From NCBI GenBank assembly GCA_965262165.1, contig OZ253499.1, positions 2,808,046 to 2,872,045 of the forward strand: a stretch of 64,000 nt of DNA, given 5' to 3'. A program made the translations under genes and the position numbers. Shown piece by piece: positions 20,338-29,791 of this stretch (position 1 is its first letter; every line of letters starts with the position of its first letter). This DNA comes from Phototrophicaceae bacterium (GTDB taxonomy: Bacteria > Chloroflexota > Anaerolineae > Aggregatilineales > Phototrophicaceae). A model generated the notes under the pieces. It made no database searches. It worked only from the letters and a program-made list of their open reading frames with translations, and was not told the DNA's origin.

Positions 20338-21456
20338 TTAGCCAGTTACAGGTACCTGACTAAAGTCGCCACGGAAGACAACGAAATCGTTGTTGAGCCA
20401 GCCTTGCCCAAAACTGCCCTGCACGCGATACCAGATGCGGTTGCTGGATAGACCGAGTACTGCAAGCGTCGTACCCCCTTGCACGCTAGTGATAACACCA
20501 TGCGCAACACCCGGGCCGGAACGAATATTCAGCCGGGATGTATTGACCACTGCACGTGGCGTAGTACCCGTCAACACTGGCGACGTCTGAACGGGCGCAT
20601 TTGTTGAACTCAAGCGAGAGAAATCGCCGCGAGTGACTGCGTAATAGGAATTGACCCATCCATTACCTGCAGGGCTCGCCACCTCGTACCAGAGCCGGTC
20701 GGCATGAATGGATATCACAGGTAATTCGGTCCCACCCCCTACTGATGTTAGAACAGGATGTCCAACACCAGGACCACTCCTGACATTGAGTCGATAAGTA
20801 TTTACAACCAAACGAGGCGTACCTGCATCCGTTATTACAGGTATCGACGCTGTGTCGTCCGCCACCTCGGCGCCGACAGTTGGTATGCCGGAGAAATTGC
20901 CGCGGGCTACGGTATAATACGAATTTACCCAGCCTGTACCGGCCGTGCTGTTTACTTGATACCAGACGCGGCCCGAATCACGACCGGATACCGGCAACTC
21001 GGTGCCGCCGCTGACAGTGAGAATGACATGGTAACTTACGCCGGGACCGCTTCTTATATTCAAGTAGCTCACGTTCACCACAAGACGCGGACTGCCGGCC
21101 GGTATAGCGATCGTCGATTCAGGTTGAGTATCCCTCTGGGCGCCTACCGTGGGTACGCCAGTGAAATTCCCTCGTCCTACGGTATACTGAGTATTGACCC
21201 ACCCTGTTCCTGCACCACTAGAGACTTGAAACCAGAGGCCTCCACTGTCCTTACCCATAACGGGCAACTGTGTGCCCCCGGCAACAGACGTGACAATACT
21301 GTAACCGACACCAGGTCCGCTGCGTACATTCAGTCGATGTGTATTGACAACTAGATGAGGCGCTGCTTGCGCTTGAATTACAGTTGGCAGTACTGCAAGC
21401 AGCATCAAGGCAAAAAGTCGAACAAGGCGCACGCGGTAACACATAATTGACTTCAT
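20338..21456 (-). CDS. Secreted protein with four tandem bacterial SH3 (SH3b) domains
   Basis: ATG 21456 is preceded by GGGGGAGGAAAG (a strong RBS). Signal peptide LFALMLLAVLPTVIQAQA. There are four ~85-aa repeats of the form LVVNT.RLNVRSGPGVG..V.T.V.GGT.LPV.G......W..V....G.GWVN..Y....G.F. Confidence 0.8.
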   Translation of the reverse strand: MKSIMCYRVRLVRLFALMLLAVLPTVIQAQAAPHLVVNTHRLNVRSGPGVGYSIVTSVAGGTQLPVMGKDSGGLWFQVSSGAGTGWVNTQYTVGRGNFTGVPTVGAQRDTQPESTIAIPAGSPRLVVNVSYLNIRSGPGVSYHVILTVSGGTELPVSGRDSGRVWYQVNSTAGTGWVNSYYTVARGNFSGIPTVGAEVADDTASIPVITDAGTPRLVVNTYRLNVRSGPGVGHPVLTSVGGGTELPVISIHADRLWYEVASPAGNGWVNSYYAVTRGDFSRLSSTNAPVQTSPVLTGTTPRAVVNTSRLNIRSGPGVAHGVITSVQGGTTLAVLGLSSNRIWYRVQGSFGQGWLNNDFVVFRGDFSQVPVTG

Positions 21457-21619
21457 CTTTCCTCCCCCAAAAAACGTTAATTCGCAAATGACACGCTTGA
21501 TGTGTGAGCAACGCAAGTGTCAGAAGCATTTTCAGTATAGGATTAGTAAATATTTTGCGCAAACGATAATTGGCGCAGTAGAGGCGTTGACCGGAAGACT
21601 AATTTGTGGAACAGTTAAA

Positions 21620-21648
21620 TTGACACCTTATCTGACCTATGTTAAACT
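21620..21648 (+). promoter_or_regulatory. Sigma-70-type promoter candidate for the erpA/iscA-like gene
   Basis: TTGACA (21620..21625), a 17-nt spacer, then TAAACT (21643..21648) preceded by TGT (extended -10-like). It lies about 35 nt upstream of the GGGAGAGGAAAG RBS and ATG 21682. Confidence 0.45.
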
Positions 21649-21681
21649 GACGACGGATCTGAAACAGGGAGAGGAAAGACA

Positions 21682-22107
21682 ATGGCGCTCGCTCAGCATA
21701 CGCAGGCAGGAATTCAAGTAGAAAGTTCCGTACTGACGGTGACGCCGTCAGCAGTTTCCATCATTAAGAATCTGCTGGAACAGCGCGAGATTCCCGATCA
21801 CGCCCTGCGGGTATTTGTGACAGGCGGTGGTTGTTCGGGCATGCAATACGGCATGGCGTTTCAGGAGTCTGCAGAGGCTGGCGATACCGTCGTATCAGCC
21901 GAAAGCGTCCGCCTGTTGGTTGATCCGACCAGTATGATGTATCTGCGCGGAGCAACGATCGATTATGTCGATACCTTGATCGGCGGGGGTTTTCGCATTG
22001 ACAATCCCAACGCAGCTTCCAGTTGCGGCTGCGGACATTCCTTTAAGTCTTCTGATGATCAGAGCGGTGAAGCCACGGAAGGTTGTGGCACCTGCAGCAG
22101 CTATTAG
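21682..22107 (+). CDS. erpA: Iron-sulfur cluster insertion/A-type carrier protein (HesB/IscA/ErpA family) with a short Cys-containing C-terminal extension
   Basis: 141 aa. VFVTGGGCSGMQYGMAF and the C-terminal SCGCGHSF are the three conserved Cys of A-type carriers. Confidence 0.85.
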   Translation: MALAQHTQAGIQVESSVLTVTPSAVSIIKNLLEQREIPDHALRVFVTGGGCSGMQYGMAFQESAEAGDTVVSAESVRLLVDPTSMMYLRGATIDYVDTLIGGGFRIDNPNAASSCGCGHSFKSSDDQSGEATEGCGTCSSY

Positions 22108-22193
22108 ATCAAGCGCAGTCCATCAGATTCAAAATTCTTCGCTAGAAGCGACCTTCTGGTGACTTTGCTAGGTCAGTTTGCCTCGACCGAATG

Positions 22194-22961
22194 TTATTGA
22201 CGTATCAAGTTGATCAATAGTCCAATTAATCCGAATCCAGCAAGCATCACAATCGGAAACAGCGGCGGCAATTCCGACCGCTGAAGCGCGCGTCTATCGA
22301 TTTCGTTTGTCATCTCTTGTCCGACATGGCTGGTCGGTATGAGTGCGGGCAAATCTGGTGGACGGGTAAAGGTTGGCAATGGAGAGGCAATTCTCTCTGA
22401 CTCGGAACGTCCTGCCCGGCCATCAGCAGTGGAAACAACCAATATACGAGAATCCTCGCCTGAGTCCGCCGCCGCCCCGCCATCTCCAGCTTGAACGTTC
22501 TCATCGGCTGCTGCAATGACACTGATATCTGCAAAGTTCTCCACTACTTGAATGCGATTTAGATCACCCGTCACGTCTACCAATTCCCCGTAAACCCACG
22601 CTCTACCGTTTGGCGAGGGCTCATAGCCAAGTTCGTACCATTGAAAGTATCGCCGCAAAGCCGGATACAGAGTGCCAAAGGAAATCGTACCGAGTACATC
22701 ACTATCAAGATTGGGAGCGGCTCGGACGTTAATGTTGCCGGCTGTTTCGGGCGCCTGCAAAAACGTCGGACCAGGCAATGTCACGGTAGGCGGAGCTGTT
22801 ACAGTTGGGGGGAACGATTGGACTCCAAATGGTGTAGCGGTAACGAGTCTTACTGTGATCGGCGTGGCGGCTCGTGGCGCCTGTGCGCCCACGACAAAGT
22901 TTGGCGACACCAGGATGCACATGACTACAGTCGAGCTGAGGAACCGCAACAATTCTTGCAC
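22194..22961 (-). CDS. SH3b-domain protein with N-terminal signal and C-terminal TM anchor
   Basis: 255 aa. Signal MCILVSPNFVVGAQA. SH3b-like NINVRAAPNLDSDVLGTISFGTLYPAL...GRAWVYGELV. C-terminal helix LPPLFPIVMLAGFGLIGLLINLI. Confidence 0.55.
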   Translation of the reverse strand: MQELLRFLSSTVVMCILVSPNFVVGAQAPRAATPITVRLVTATPFGVQSFPPTVTAPPTVTLPGPTFLQAPETAGNINVRAAPNLDSDVLGTISFGTLYPALRRYFQWYELGYEPSPNGRAWVYGELVDVTGDLNRIQVVENFADISVIAAADENVQAGDGGAAADSGEDSRILVVSTADGRAGRSESERIASPLPTFTRPPDLPALIPTSHVGQEMTNEIDRRALQRSELPPLFPIVMLAGFGLIGLLINLIRQ

Positions 22962-22986
22962 CTTGAATATTCAGGTCCAAAGCTTT

Positions 22987-24681
22987 TTACCATGATATTT
23001 GATTAATATTGGTATTTCTACCCTGCTCGGCAACCACACTGCGATTATCCTGTAGGTTGACCATGAATCCCTGGTACGGTTGATTTCTCAATCCGACAAC
23101 CTGCCAACTGCTCATGACAAAGGCTGGAACGTTTCGCAAGGAAAGGCAATTGACACAGTCGGCAGGTATCCACTCCCCATTGTAGCGCCGGGCAATATGA
23201 AGATGAGTCGCTGTTGAATATCCGCCTTCGCAAGAGGGATAACCCAAAACCTCGCCCTCTTCTACGACCTGTCCTACGCTCACGGACTCCACGCGGCTGG
23301 TATGCAAATAAAGGATTGTCCAACCGCTGCCCTCGTTGCCATCAAGATCGAGATCCAAGACCACGACCCCGTTGGACAGTCTGGCGATTTTGCCGCGAGC
23401 AACAGCCGTTACCGGATAGGTGCTGGTATAACAGTGGGATACGGGAATTTCTTCTTGAGGCGGCGCGAAATCTACCGATGCCCAGGCGCTGCCAATGCCC
23501 CAGCCGCCATGGTACCCGCCCGTGAATAACCAAACCTTTCCCGGTCGAAACGGCAGGGTTAACTTTGGCTGAGTCAACGGGGCGGCGTCGCGCTCCTCGA
23601 AGTCCGCAAGCGGGTCATCAAACAAGGAGCGATACACGAGATAGAAGCCCTCGTCACTGACATCGTACTCCCAGCTTGATCCGGCGGTTAATCTGGCAAA
23701 TACATGCTGGATCGCGGCGGAAGCGGCGTTTAGATCTTTGTGATAAAGCAGCCGATTACCGTCAGCGAATTCGACAATCTCGTCGCCGCGATACTTTTTG
23801 CCGTAATATCCATAATTGAGCTGGTCTGCCAGCCAAATCAGTTGGGCATATAACCCGGGTCGGTCAAGTCCGCCCGAGGTTTCTGGAGAAAACAACGGAT
23901 ATACCAATAGCTCTTCGGCAACATCAAGGCGTGAGACAAGCCCGGCTCGATATTCCAGGAAGGCAAGCAGGACACGCGGATCGACGCTGAAATCCAAAGA
24001 CACTCGCTGAATGACTTCGCTTGCCGTCAAAGAGAGATCGACCGTACTGCCGTCTGCCTGCCGCGAGACAACAGTGCCACCCATTTTTCTTAGCACGCCA
24101 GCATGGGATTGAACAAACCCTTCAACATCGAAGGATTGCGCGTTAGTGGATCTCACCAGCCTCGTATCCGGCATTACGCGAAAAGATGGTCCAAATGAGT
24201 CGGGCGGCGGAGGCAGCTTGAGGACCTGCCCTACCTCAAGCAAGTCCGGGTTTTGCAACTGATTTGTCTCCATAAGGGTTTCAATCGAAAGGCCGTAAAC
24301 GGCGGCAATCTGTGATAATGTATCGCCCCAGGCAACGACATGCTCGAAAACGACGGTTGAGGGTTGAGCGTTGACCGCCGCGATTCCCGAGCTCACGCTT
24401 GCGCTGGAAAAACGGGATGCAATCTGCGCAGGCAGTGTCGCGGTTGCAGACTTTATTTCGCGCATTTCCGCTTGGACTTCGTTGGGGGTGGGCAACGGAT
24501 GGAGTCGCTCTGTCAATATTGTTGAGCTGGCAAAAGGCACATTTGTCGCAGTGGCCCTATACTCTCCACTAGCAGTTGCGGCTTGCGCAGGTAGTGCATC
24601 TTCTGTCGAGCCAGGAAAGCTACAACCTGAAACCACGAGACATAGTATCAAACTGGCAATGATGGACAGTCGCATTGGCAT
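22987..24681 (-). CDS. Lipoprotein: LysM domain plus M23-family (LytM-like) peptidoglycan metallopeptidase
   Basis: 564 aa. Lipobox LVVSGC. LysM VVAWGDTLSQIAAVYGLSIETLMETNQLQNPDLLEVGQVLKLP. M23 motifs near the C-terminus (GYPSCEGGYSTATHLHIA). Confidence 0.8.
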   Translation of the reverse strand: MPMRLSIIASLILCLVVSGCSFPGSTEDALPAQAATASGEYRATATNVPFASSTILTERLHPLPTPNEVQAEMREIKSATATLPAQIASRFSSASVSSGIAAVNAQPSTVVFEHVVAWGDTLSQIAAVYGLSIETLMETNQLQNPDLLEVGQVLKLPPPPDSFGPSFRVMPDTRLVRSTNAQSFDVEGFVQSHAGVLRKMGGTVVSRQADGSTVDLSLTASEVIQRVSLDFSVDPRVLLAFLEYRAGLVSRLDVAEELLVYPLFSPETSGGLDRPGLYAQLIWLADQLNYGYYGKKYRGDEIVEFADGNRLLYHKDLNAASAAIQHVFARLTAGSSWEYDVSDEGFYLVYRSLFDDPLADFEERDAAPLTQPKLTLPFRPGKVWLFTGGYHGGWGIGSAWASVDFAPPQEEIPVSHCYTSTYPVTAVARGKIARLSNGVVVLDLDLDGNEGSGWTILYLHTSRVESVSVGQVVEEGEVLGYPSCEGGYSTATHLHIARRYNGEWIPADCVNCLSLRNVPAFVMSSWQVVGLRNQPYQGFMVNLQDNRSVVAEQGRNTNINQISW

Positions 24682-24782
24682 TGTTCGTCTGGTAGGGTTA
24701 ATTTATCCGGCTATTGGGCGGTAGAGGCAACAAATGTATACTAATCCAGGAATAAAATACGCGAAACGTATTCAAGGAGTTT

Positions 24783-25115
24783 GTGATGGCTGGCGCCGAG
24801 GAAGTAAAGAATATTTTCCCAAACATGGTCGACAGATTCCTGCCAGAGAAGGCTGACGGCATAAATGCATCGATCCTCTTTGACCTTAGCGGAGACAACG
24901 GAGGCATGTTCTGGTTGAAGATTGGCGGTGGAACGATCGAACACGGCGAAGGCGAGATAAGCGATCCGGCCATGACCCTGAAGGCCAGCGCGGACGACTG
25001 GCACGCAGTCTCCACCGGCCAACTTAATGCCATGCAAGCGTTCATGACCGGCAAGCTCAAGATTCTGGGCGAGATGAGCCTGGCTATGAAGTTACAAACC
25101 ATGTTTGAGCAATGA
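24783..25115 (+). CDS. SCP2 sterol-carrier-like domain protein
   Basis: 110 aa. FDLSGDNGGMFWLKIGGG...ADDWHAVSTGQLNAMQAFMTGKLKILGEMSLAMKL matches the SCP-2 fold signature. Confidence 0.75.
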   Translation: MMAGAEEVKNIFPNMVDRFLPEKADGINASILFDLSGDNGGMFWLKIGGGTIEHGEGEISDPAMTLKASADDWHAVSTGQLNAMQAFMTGKLKILGEMSLAMKLQTMFEQ

Positions 25116-25218
25116 TCTTATGTCGGCCGTTTCCCCGGATTACTGAATTCCTTCCCGGGCGATTGAGGAGCAAATGATACGGTTGAAAGACAGGGGCACA
25201 ATTGTGTGCAGCTTGCGC

Positions 25219-26211
25219 CTACAAACTGTCAAACTCCAAGTCGAGCGATGACATACTCAGGCTGAAACTTGCGGCATCGACAGCCTCTTCAGCTGCTTCC
25301 TGGATTGCCCCGTCTTCATTTAACTCTGCCAGATCGCAAAGGATTTCGTAAGCGCGTTTTCCGCCGATCTCACCGAGCGCCCAAATAGCCATCAACTGAA
25401 TCTCTCGGTCATCTCCGGCTATTAGGTCCCCGATCAATCGAACACTTTCTTCCAGTTGAAGCCATCCGCAGGCTTGAATTGATTCATAAACAATCTGGTT
25501 GTCGCTGCTTTCGAGCTCTTCAAGAACGATATCCCGCCATATCTTGTTGCATGTTCGGCCCATGGCATATATGGCGCTGATTTTTAACAAGTGGTTGCCG
25601 TCTTCATAGGCTTCCCGGATTAACCCTTCCGTGGTCGGAAGACTTGAGTTGCCTATCGCTTCCAGCGACCGGCTGCGTATTTCGATCGGCTCACGATCAT
25701 CCTTAAATGTCGTTAGTGCCAACTGTTGCGCTTCGTGCGCATCTTGCGGCGGAATGTCCCCGTATTCTCCTAATAATATGAACCGACCCAAACCCGCCAA
25801 AGCCTGGGCACGCACTTCATAAGAAGTGTCATTTTGAGCCAGGTCCATAAGCTGCCGCATAGTTGAAACGGACTCGTCGGACCAAAGCAAATCGATCGCT
25901 GCGGCCCGAACAAAACTACTGTCGTTCGTCAGATTCCAAGATGCAAATGCGTCGAAATTCAGCCCAAAATCGGCTTCGCTGTTTTCGATAAGTAGTTTGA
26001 GGGTTCGGTGTTTGAAGGTCGCAGGCATGCCTCGCCATACAGGCGCCAACCGATCCAATTCAGGCTCGGACAAGTCGGATAATCCGTAGATCACGGTAGC
26101 CGAGTGAGTTGATGTATCAGACTGTGCCTCGCTTCGCAGTGCGCTGATGACTTCGGTCAACTCGGGCTTTCTAAAACCTAAGTCTTCATGCGCGTACTCC
26201 GCTTTTGTCAT
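25219..26211 (-). CDS. HEAT-repeat protein
   Basis: 330 aa. Recurrent HEAT/PBS-lyase-like units (VRAAAIDLLW, EVRAQALAGLGRF, IRSRSLEAIG, MAIWALGEIGG). Confidence 0.6.
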   Translation of the reverse strand: MTKAEYAHEDLGFRKPELTEVISALRSEAQSDTSTHSATVIYGLSDLSEPELDRLAPVWRGMPATFKHRTLKLLIENSEADFGLNFDAFASWNLTNDSSFVRAAAIDLLWSDESVSTMRQLMDLAQNDTSYEVRAQALAGLGRFILLGEYGDIPPQDAHEAQQLALTTFKDDREPIEIRSRSLEAIGNSSLPTTEGLIREAYEDGNHLLKISAIYAMGRTCNKIWRDIVLEELESSDNQIVYESIQACGWLQLEESVRLIGDLIAGDDREIQLMAIWALGEIGGKRAYEILCDLAELNEDGAIQEAAEEAVDAASFSLSMSSLDLEFDSL

Positions 26212-26228
26212 CGCTTTGCCTCGCTGAA

Positions 26229-27731
26229 TTAAGTAATGCTGGGCGGATCCAAAAGATCAATGATCATGATGATCACTCCTAGGACAAGCAGTAGCATGAT
26301 CCCGATCTGGTGGACACGGGCTTCAATCTTGGGATTGATTGGCTTACCGCGAAGCATCTCCAGCAAAACAAACACGATTCGGCCGCCGTCAAGCGCAGGT
26401 ATTGGCAGCAGATTGCTGATCCCCAGGAAAATACTGATAAGCGCGATGAAGTTCAACATCAGAGCTGGACCCTCTTGCAAGCTGCGCTGGAGGAATTCGC
26501 CGCCAATCTTGCTAATGCCGATAATACTGATCGGTCGCGCATCTCTGCCGCTTAGTGACCCATCAATCAGCCGACCCGGTATCGAGGCAATTAACGCAAA
26601 AGTATTGCGCGTCGTCCGCAGGCTATGCGAAATTGCTGACGAAATCGTTTGAGGAATCAGTTCCGTTTTGTAACCCGCATTTGCAAAGCGAGTCTCGTCA
26701 TGCAAACCGAACTGGGATCGAATTGCGACGCCGAGGCGGCCTTCTCCTTCCGGCGGGTTGACACGCGGCACAACACGTAGATCAATCGTCTGTCGTCCAC
26801 CGTCGTCCTGGTCGCGCAGGAACGTCAAGCCCATGACGCGGCCTTCGTATTTGAGTGTTGTTTCCCTGAGCACTGCTACCGCGTCTCCTGTGGCCGGAAT
26901 ACGCGCTGAATTAATGTGCGTAACGAGATCTCCAGGTTGGATTCCTACCTCGAACGCAGGCGAATCCTCTTGCACGCCAACTACCTGCACGAAGGCATTT
27001 CGTTGTTCAAAACTTGGCCGGACAGTAACAGTATACGGCTCGGCCGTCTCTTGTCGCAGCAGCGAAAAGGTTATCGCATCCCCTCGGTACGATTCCAGAA
27101 TCTCGTAAAATGCCTCGAAATCGTCGAAATGCTCGCCATTTATCATTTCGATGGCGTCACCGACTTCTGCAGAAGAATCCGCAAACAGAGAGCCGTCCGG
27201 TATTGCAACCAATTGTGCCAAACCACCAACTTCAATCGGCAAGCCAATTAATGCGACAACAGTGAAAAGTATCATGGCGGTGGCGAAATTCGCCAGCGCG
27301 CCCGCTGACATAAATAATATCCTCGCCAACGGAGGCGCTTCGTTTACTGACATCATTCGGCGGTCGTTGACGCCGCGCAATCGCAATTGCTCTCGCTCTG
27401 TCAGGTGTCTTACACCATGGTCCTGTCGCTCTTCCAATGTTTCGCGATCCCGCTTGACTTTGTCATCGCCGGCCGGACCGATCATGTCCTCGCCGAGCGG
27501 ACGTACAAACCCGCCGATGGGAAGTAGGTTGATGGTGAATTCGGTTTCGCCCCACGTGAAAAGTCTTCCCAATCGAGGCGGGAATCCAATTCCGAATTCC
27601 AAGACATTAATGCCAACCAATTTGGCTGCAAAGAAGTGACCCAATTCGTGAATGATGATGGCGGGAATCAAGATGATTCCAAACGCTATCACTGCTAAAA
27701 TGATGTCGCTACCTACTGCGGAGATGATCAT
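26229..27731 (-). CDS. rseP: RIP site-2 metalloprotease RseP (M50 family) with PDZ domains
   Basis: 500 aa. HELGHFFAAK (HExxH) in the first TM region, PDZ-like middle region, C-terminal NLLPIPALDGG motif. Confidence 0.9.
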   Translation of the reverse strand: MIISAVGSDIILAVIAFGIILIPAIIIHELGHFFAAKLVGINVLEFGIGFPPRLGRLFTWGETEFTINLLPIGGFVRPLGEDMIGPAGDDKVKRDRETLEERQDHGVRHLTEREQLRLRGVNDRRMMSVNEAPPLARILFMSAGALANFATAMILFTVVALIGLPIEVGGLAQLVAIPDGSLFADSSAEVGDAIEMINGEHFDDFEAFYEILESYRGDAITFSLLRQETAEPYTVTVRPSFEQRNAFVQVVGVQEDSPAFEVGIQPGDLVTHINSARIPATGDAVAVLRETTLKYEGRVMGLTFLRDQDDGGRQTIDLRVVPRVNPPEGEGRLGVAIRSQFGLHDETRFANAGYKTELIPQTISSAISHSLRTTRNTFALIASIPGRLIDGSLSGRDARPISIIGISKIGGEFLQRSLQEGPALMLNFIALISIFLGISNLLPIPALDGGRIVFVLLEMLRGKPINPKIEARVHQIGIMLLLVLGVIIMIIDLLDPPSIT

Positions 27732-27802
27732 GAATTATCACCTTGTTCTAGCTTCAGCTTACTTACATTATAGGGCTTACGGTCGAAATCGCGCAAGCAA
27801 GA

Positions 27803-28801
27803 CTAATTCGTCCGGCCAATCGGATCCAATAGCTGCGCGCCTTTCCCAACAGACGAACGAATAACGTCGATACCCGGCTCTAGCGCTTGAAGCCGAATGG
27901 CAACCGTACTCGCATCGTCTTTTGCGCAGATGCAATGAACATTCGGGCCGGCATCCAGCGTATAACAGACTTGTAAGCCATCACGCCGCCACTCTTGAAC
28001 CGCAAGCATGATTCTAAGGGACGTCGGCATCCAATAAAAAAGCGATGGCTTGCTTGTCATCATGACAGCATGCATCAGATTGCTATCTTCTTCTACTACG
28101 GATGCCAATTGCTCAAAGTCGCGTGCTAGAATGGCGCGCTTTGCGCCGGCAAGTCGATCGTGAGCGGTTTCGACCCGAACTGTTTGTAAGATGCTTGTAT
28201 CAGCAGTGGCATGTCCTGTCGTTGAATCCACCCGCTTATGATCTCGGCTGATTACCGCGATCACATCTTCGATATTCCAGTATTCCGGACTTGCGAAAGA
28301 TTCCGCGTAAGAGTCGTGATCCGTTCTGCCAGCGTACCATTCAACGAAACCGGCAGGAACCGAGCGTGAGGCAGAACCGGATCCCCGCCGGGCCATTGCG
28401 CTCAATTCCCGCTCTGAAAGCTGCTTGCCGAGTGCAGCCGTCGCCGCCAGGGTTAGCGCAGCAAACGCCGATGCCGATGAAGCAATTCCGGCACCCATTG
28501 GGAAGTTGTTGTTCGAAGATACCTCGGCATACAAGGTCGAACCGAGTTTTTGACGCAACATGTCAAGATGCGCGCAAACCCTTTGAAACGCAGCTGGCGT
28601 CGTGGGCTTGTCGTTGATCGTCAGATGATCTGCTTCCAATGACTCAGACCACTTTACTCTTGTCGTGGTATGCAAAGCTGCAAGATTCATACTAAGCGAA
28701 GAATTCGCCGGAAGCCGAATCGCAGCGTCCCTATTGCCCCAATACTTGACAAATGCAATATTCGAATGTGCTCTGGCGGTAGCAGACAGATCAGTGAACA
28801 T
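27803..28801 (-). CDS. GHMP-family mevalonate (di)phosphate decarboxylase; substrate (MVAPP vs MVAP) not assignable from sequence alone
   Basis: 332 aa. SNIAFVKYWGNRD...NSSLSMNL...GAGIASSASAFAAL are the MVD-family motifs. Confidence 0.85.
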   Translation of the reverse strand: MFTDLSATARAHSNIAFVKYWGNRDAAIRLPANSSLSMNLAALHTTTRVKWSESLEADHLTINDKPTTPAAFQRVCAHLDMLRQKLGSTLYAEVSSNNNFPMGAGIASSASAFAALTLAATAALGKQLSERELSAMARRGSGSASRSVPAGFVEWYAGRTDHDSYAESFASPEYWNIEDVIAVISRDHKRVDSTTGHATADTSILQTVRVETAHDRLAGAKRAILARDFEQLASVVEEDSNLMHAVMMTSKPSLFYWMPTSLRIMLAVQEWRRDGLQVCYTLDAGPNVHCICAKDDASTVAIRLQALEPGIDVIRSSVGKGAQLLDPIGRTN

Positions 28802-28897
28802 AATTCCAAATCACAGACTAAGCTGTTACTGTGGTAAATGCATCTGGCAAAGCCGGACGATAACACTAAACTATTAGACCTGTCTACTGTCTAAGTA

Positions 28898-29791
28898 GTG
28901 AGGCCAATTTTGGACACGCTTAGCGCCCTAGTTCGGTCCATGCGCCCTCAACAATGGACGAAGAACGTCTTTTTTGTCTTTCCGGCGATTCTGTTCGACG
29001 CCAAGCTGTTGCAATCAGAATTACTGATTCGGGTCATCGCCGCTTCTGGATTGCTCGTTCTTGTCTCCGGCAGTGTCTACATCATCAACGACTTGATGGA
29101 CCGGGAACAGGACAAAGCACATCCAAACAAACGTCATCGACCCATCGCTTCGGGCAGCCTTTCCGTCTCCGTCGCGCAACTGGCCGCCGCCGCCCTCGCC
29201 GTCGTTGCGTTGGCCCTGGCCTACGGCTTGGACTTCGAGCTATTTCTTCTGCTGGCTTTGTACTTGCTGCTCCAGATCGTGTATTCGCTGCGACTAAAAC
29301 ACGTCGCTTTGCTTGATGTACTTGTCGTCGCCGCCGGCTTCGTCATTCGTGTCATGGTGGGCGGCGTCGTCATTGACGTGGAAGTCTCGCCATGGCTGTA
29401 CGCCTTTACAGGTTTGCTTGCATTATTCCTTGTGGTCGGGAAACGCCGTCAGGAGCTGGTCAAGCTTGGTGATCAAGCCGAAAATACGCGCCCGATCTTT
29501 CGGCAATACAACCTTCCCCTGCTCGACGACATGCTCAGACTTGTCACGACTTCGACGCTCATTACCTACATTTTGTATACAATTGAGGTCGAGACCATGA
29601 CCAAGCATGGCGCCAACCTGGGCCTGATTACAGTGCCGTTTGTGCTATATGGCTTGCTACGCTATCTATACCTGCTCCATGTAGAAGAAACTGACAGCGC
29701 GCCAGAAGAAATTCTGCTCGCTGACAGACCAATCCAGATTACGGTTATGTTGGCCGGCGTCGCCTATTTCATTATCCTGTATGCCTTGTAA
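28898..29791 (+). CDS. UbiA-superfamily prenyltransferase, decaprenyl-phosphate phosphoribosyltransferase (DPPR synthase)-like
   Basis: 297 aa with about 8-9 TM helices. RPQQWTKN at the N-terminus and NDLMDREQDKAHPNKRHRPIASG (NDxxDxxxD...HPxKxxRPIAxG) as in the Rv3806c-type subfamily. Confidence 0.7.
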   Translation: MRPILDTLSALVRSMRPQQWTKNVFFVFPAILFDAKLLQSELLIRVIAASGLLVLVSGSVYIINDLMDREQDKAHPNKRHRPIASGSLSVSVAQLAAAALAVVALALAYGLDFELFLLLALYLLLQIVYSLRLKHVALLDVLVVAAGFVIRVMVGGVVIDVEVSPWLYAFTGLLALFLVVGKRRQELVKLGDQAENTRPIFRQYNLPLLDDMLRLVTTSTLITYILYTIEVETMTKHGANLGLITVPFVLYGLLRYLYLLHVEETDSAPEEILLADRPIQITVMLAGVAYFIILYAL

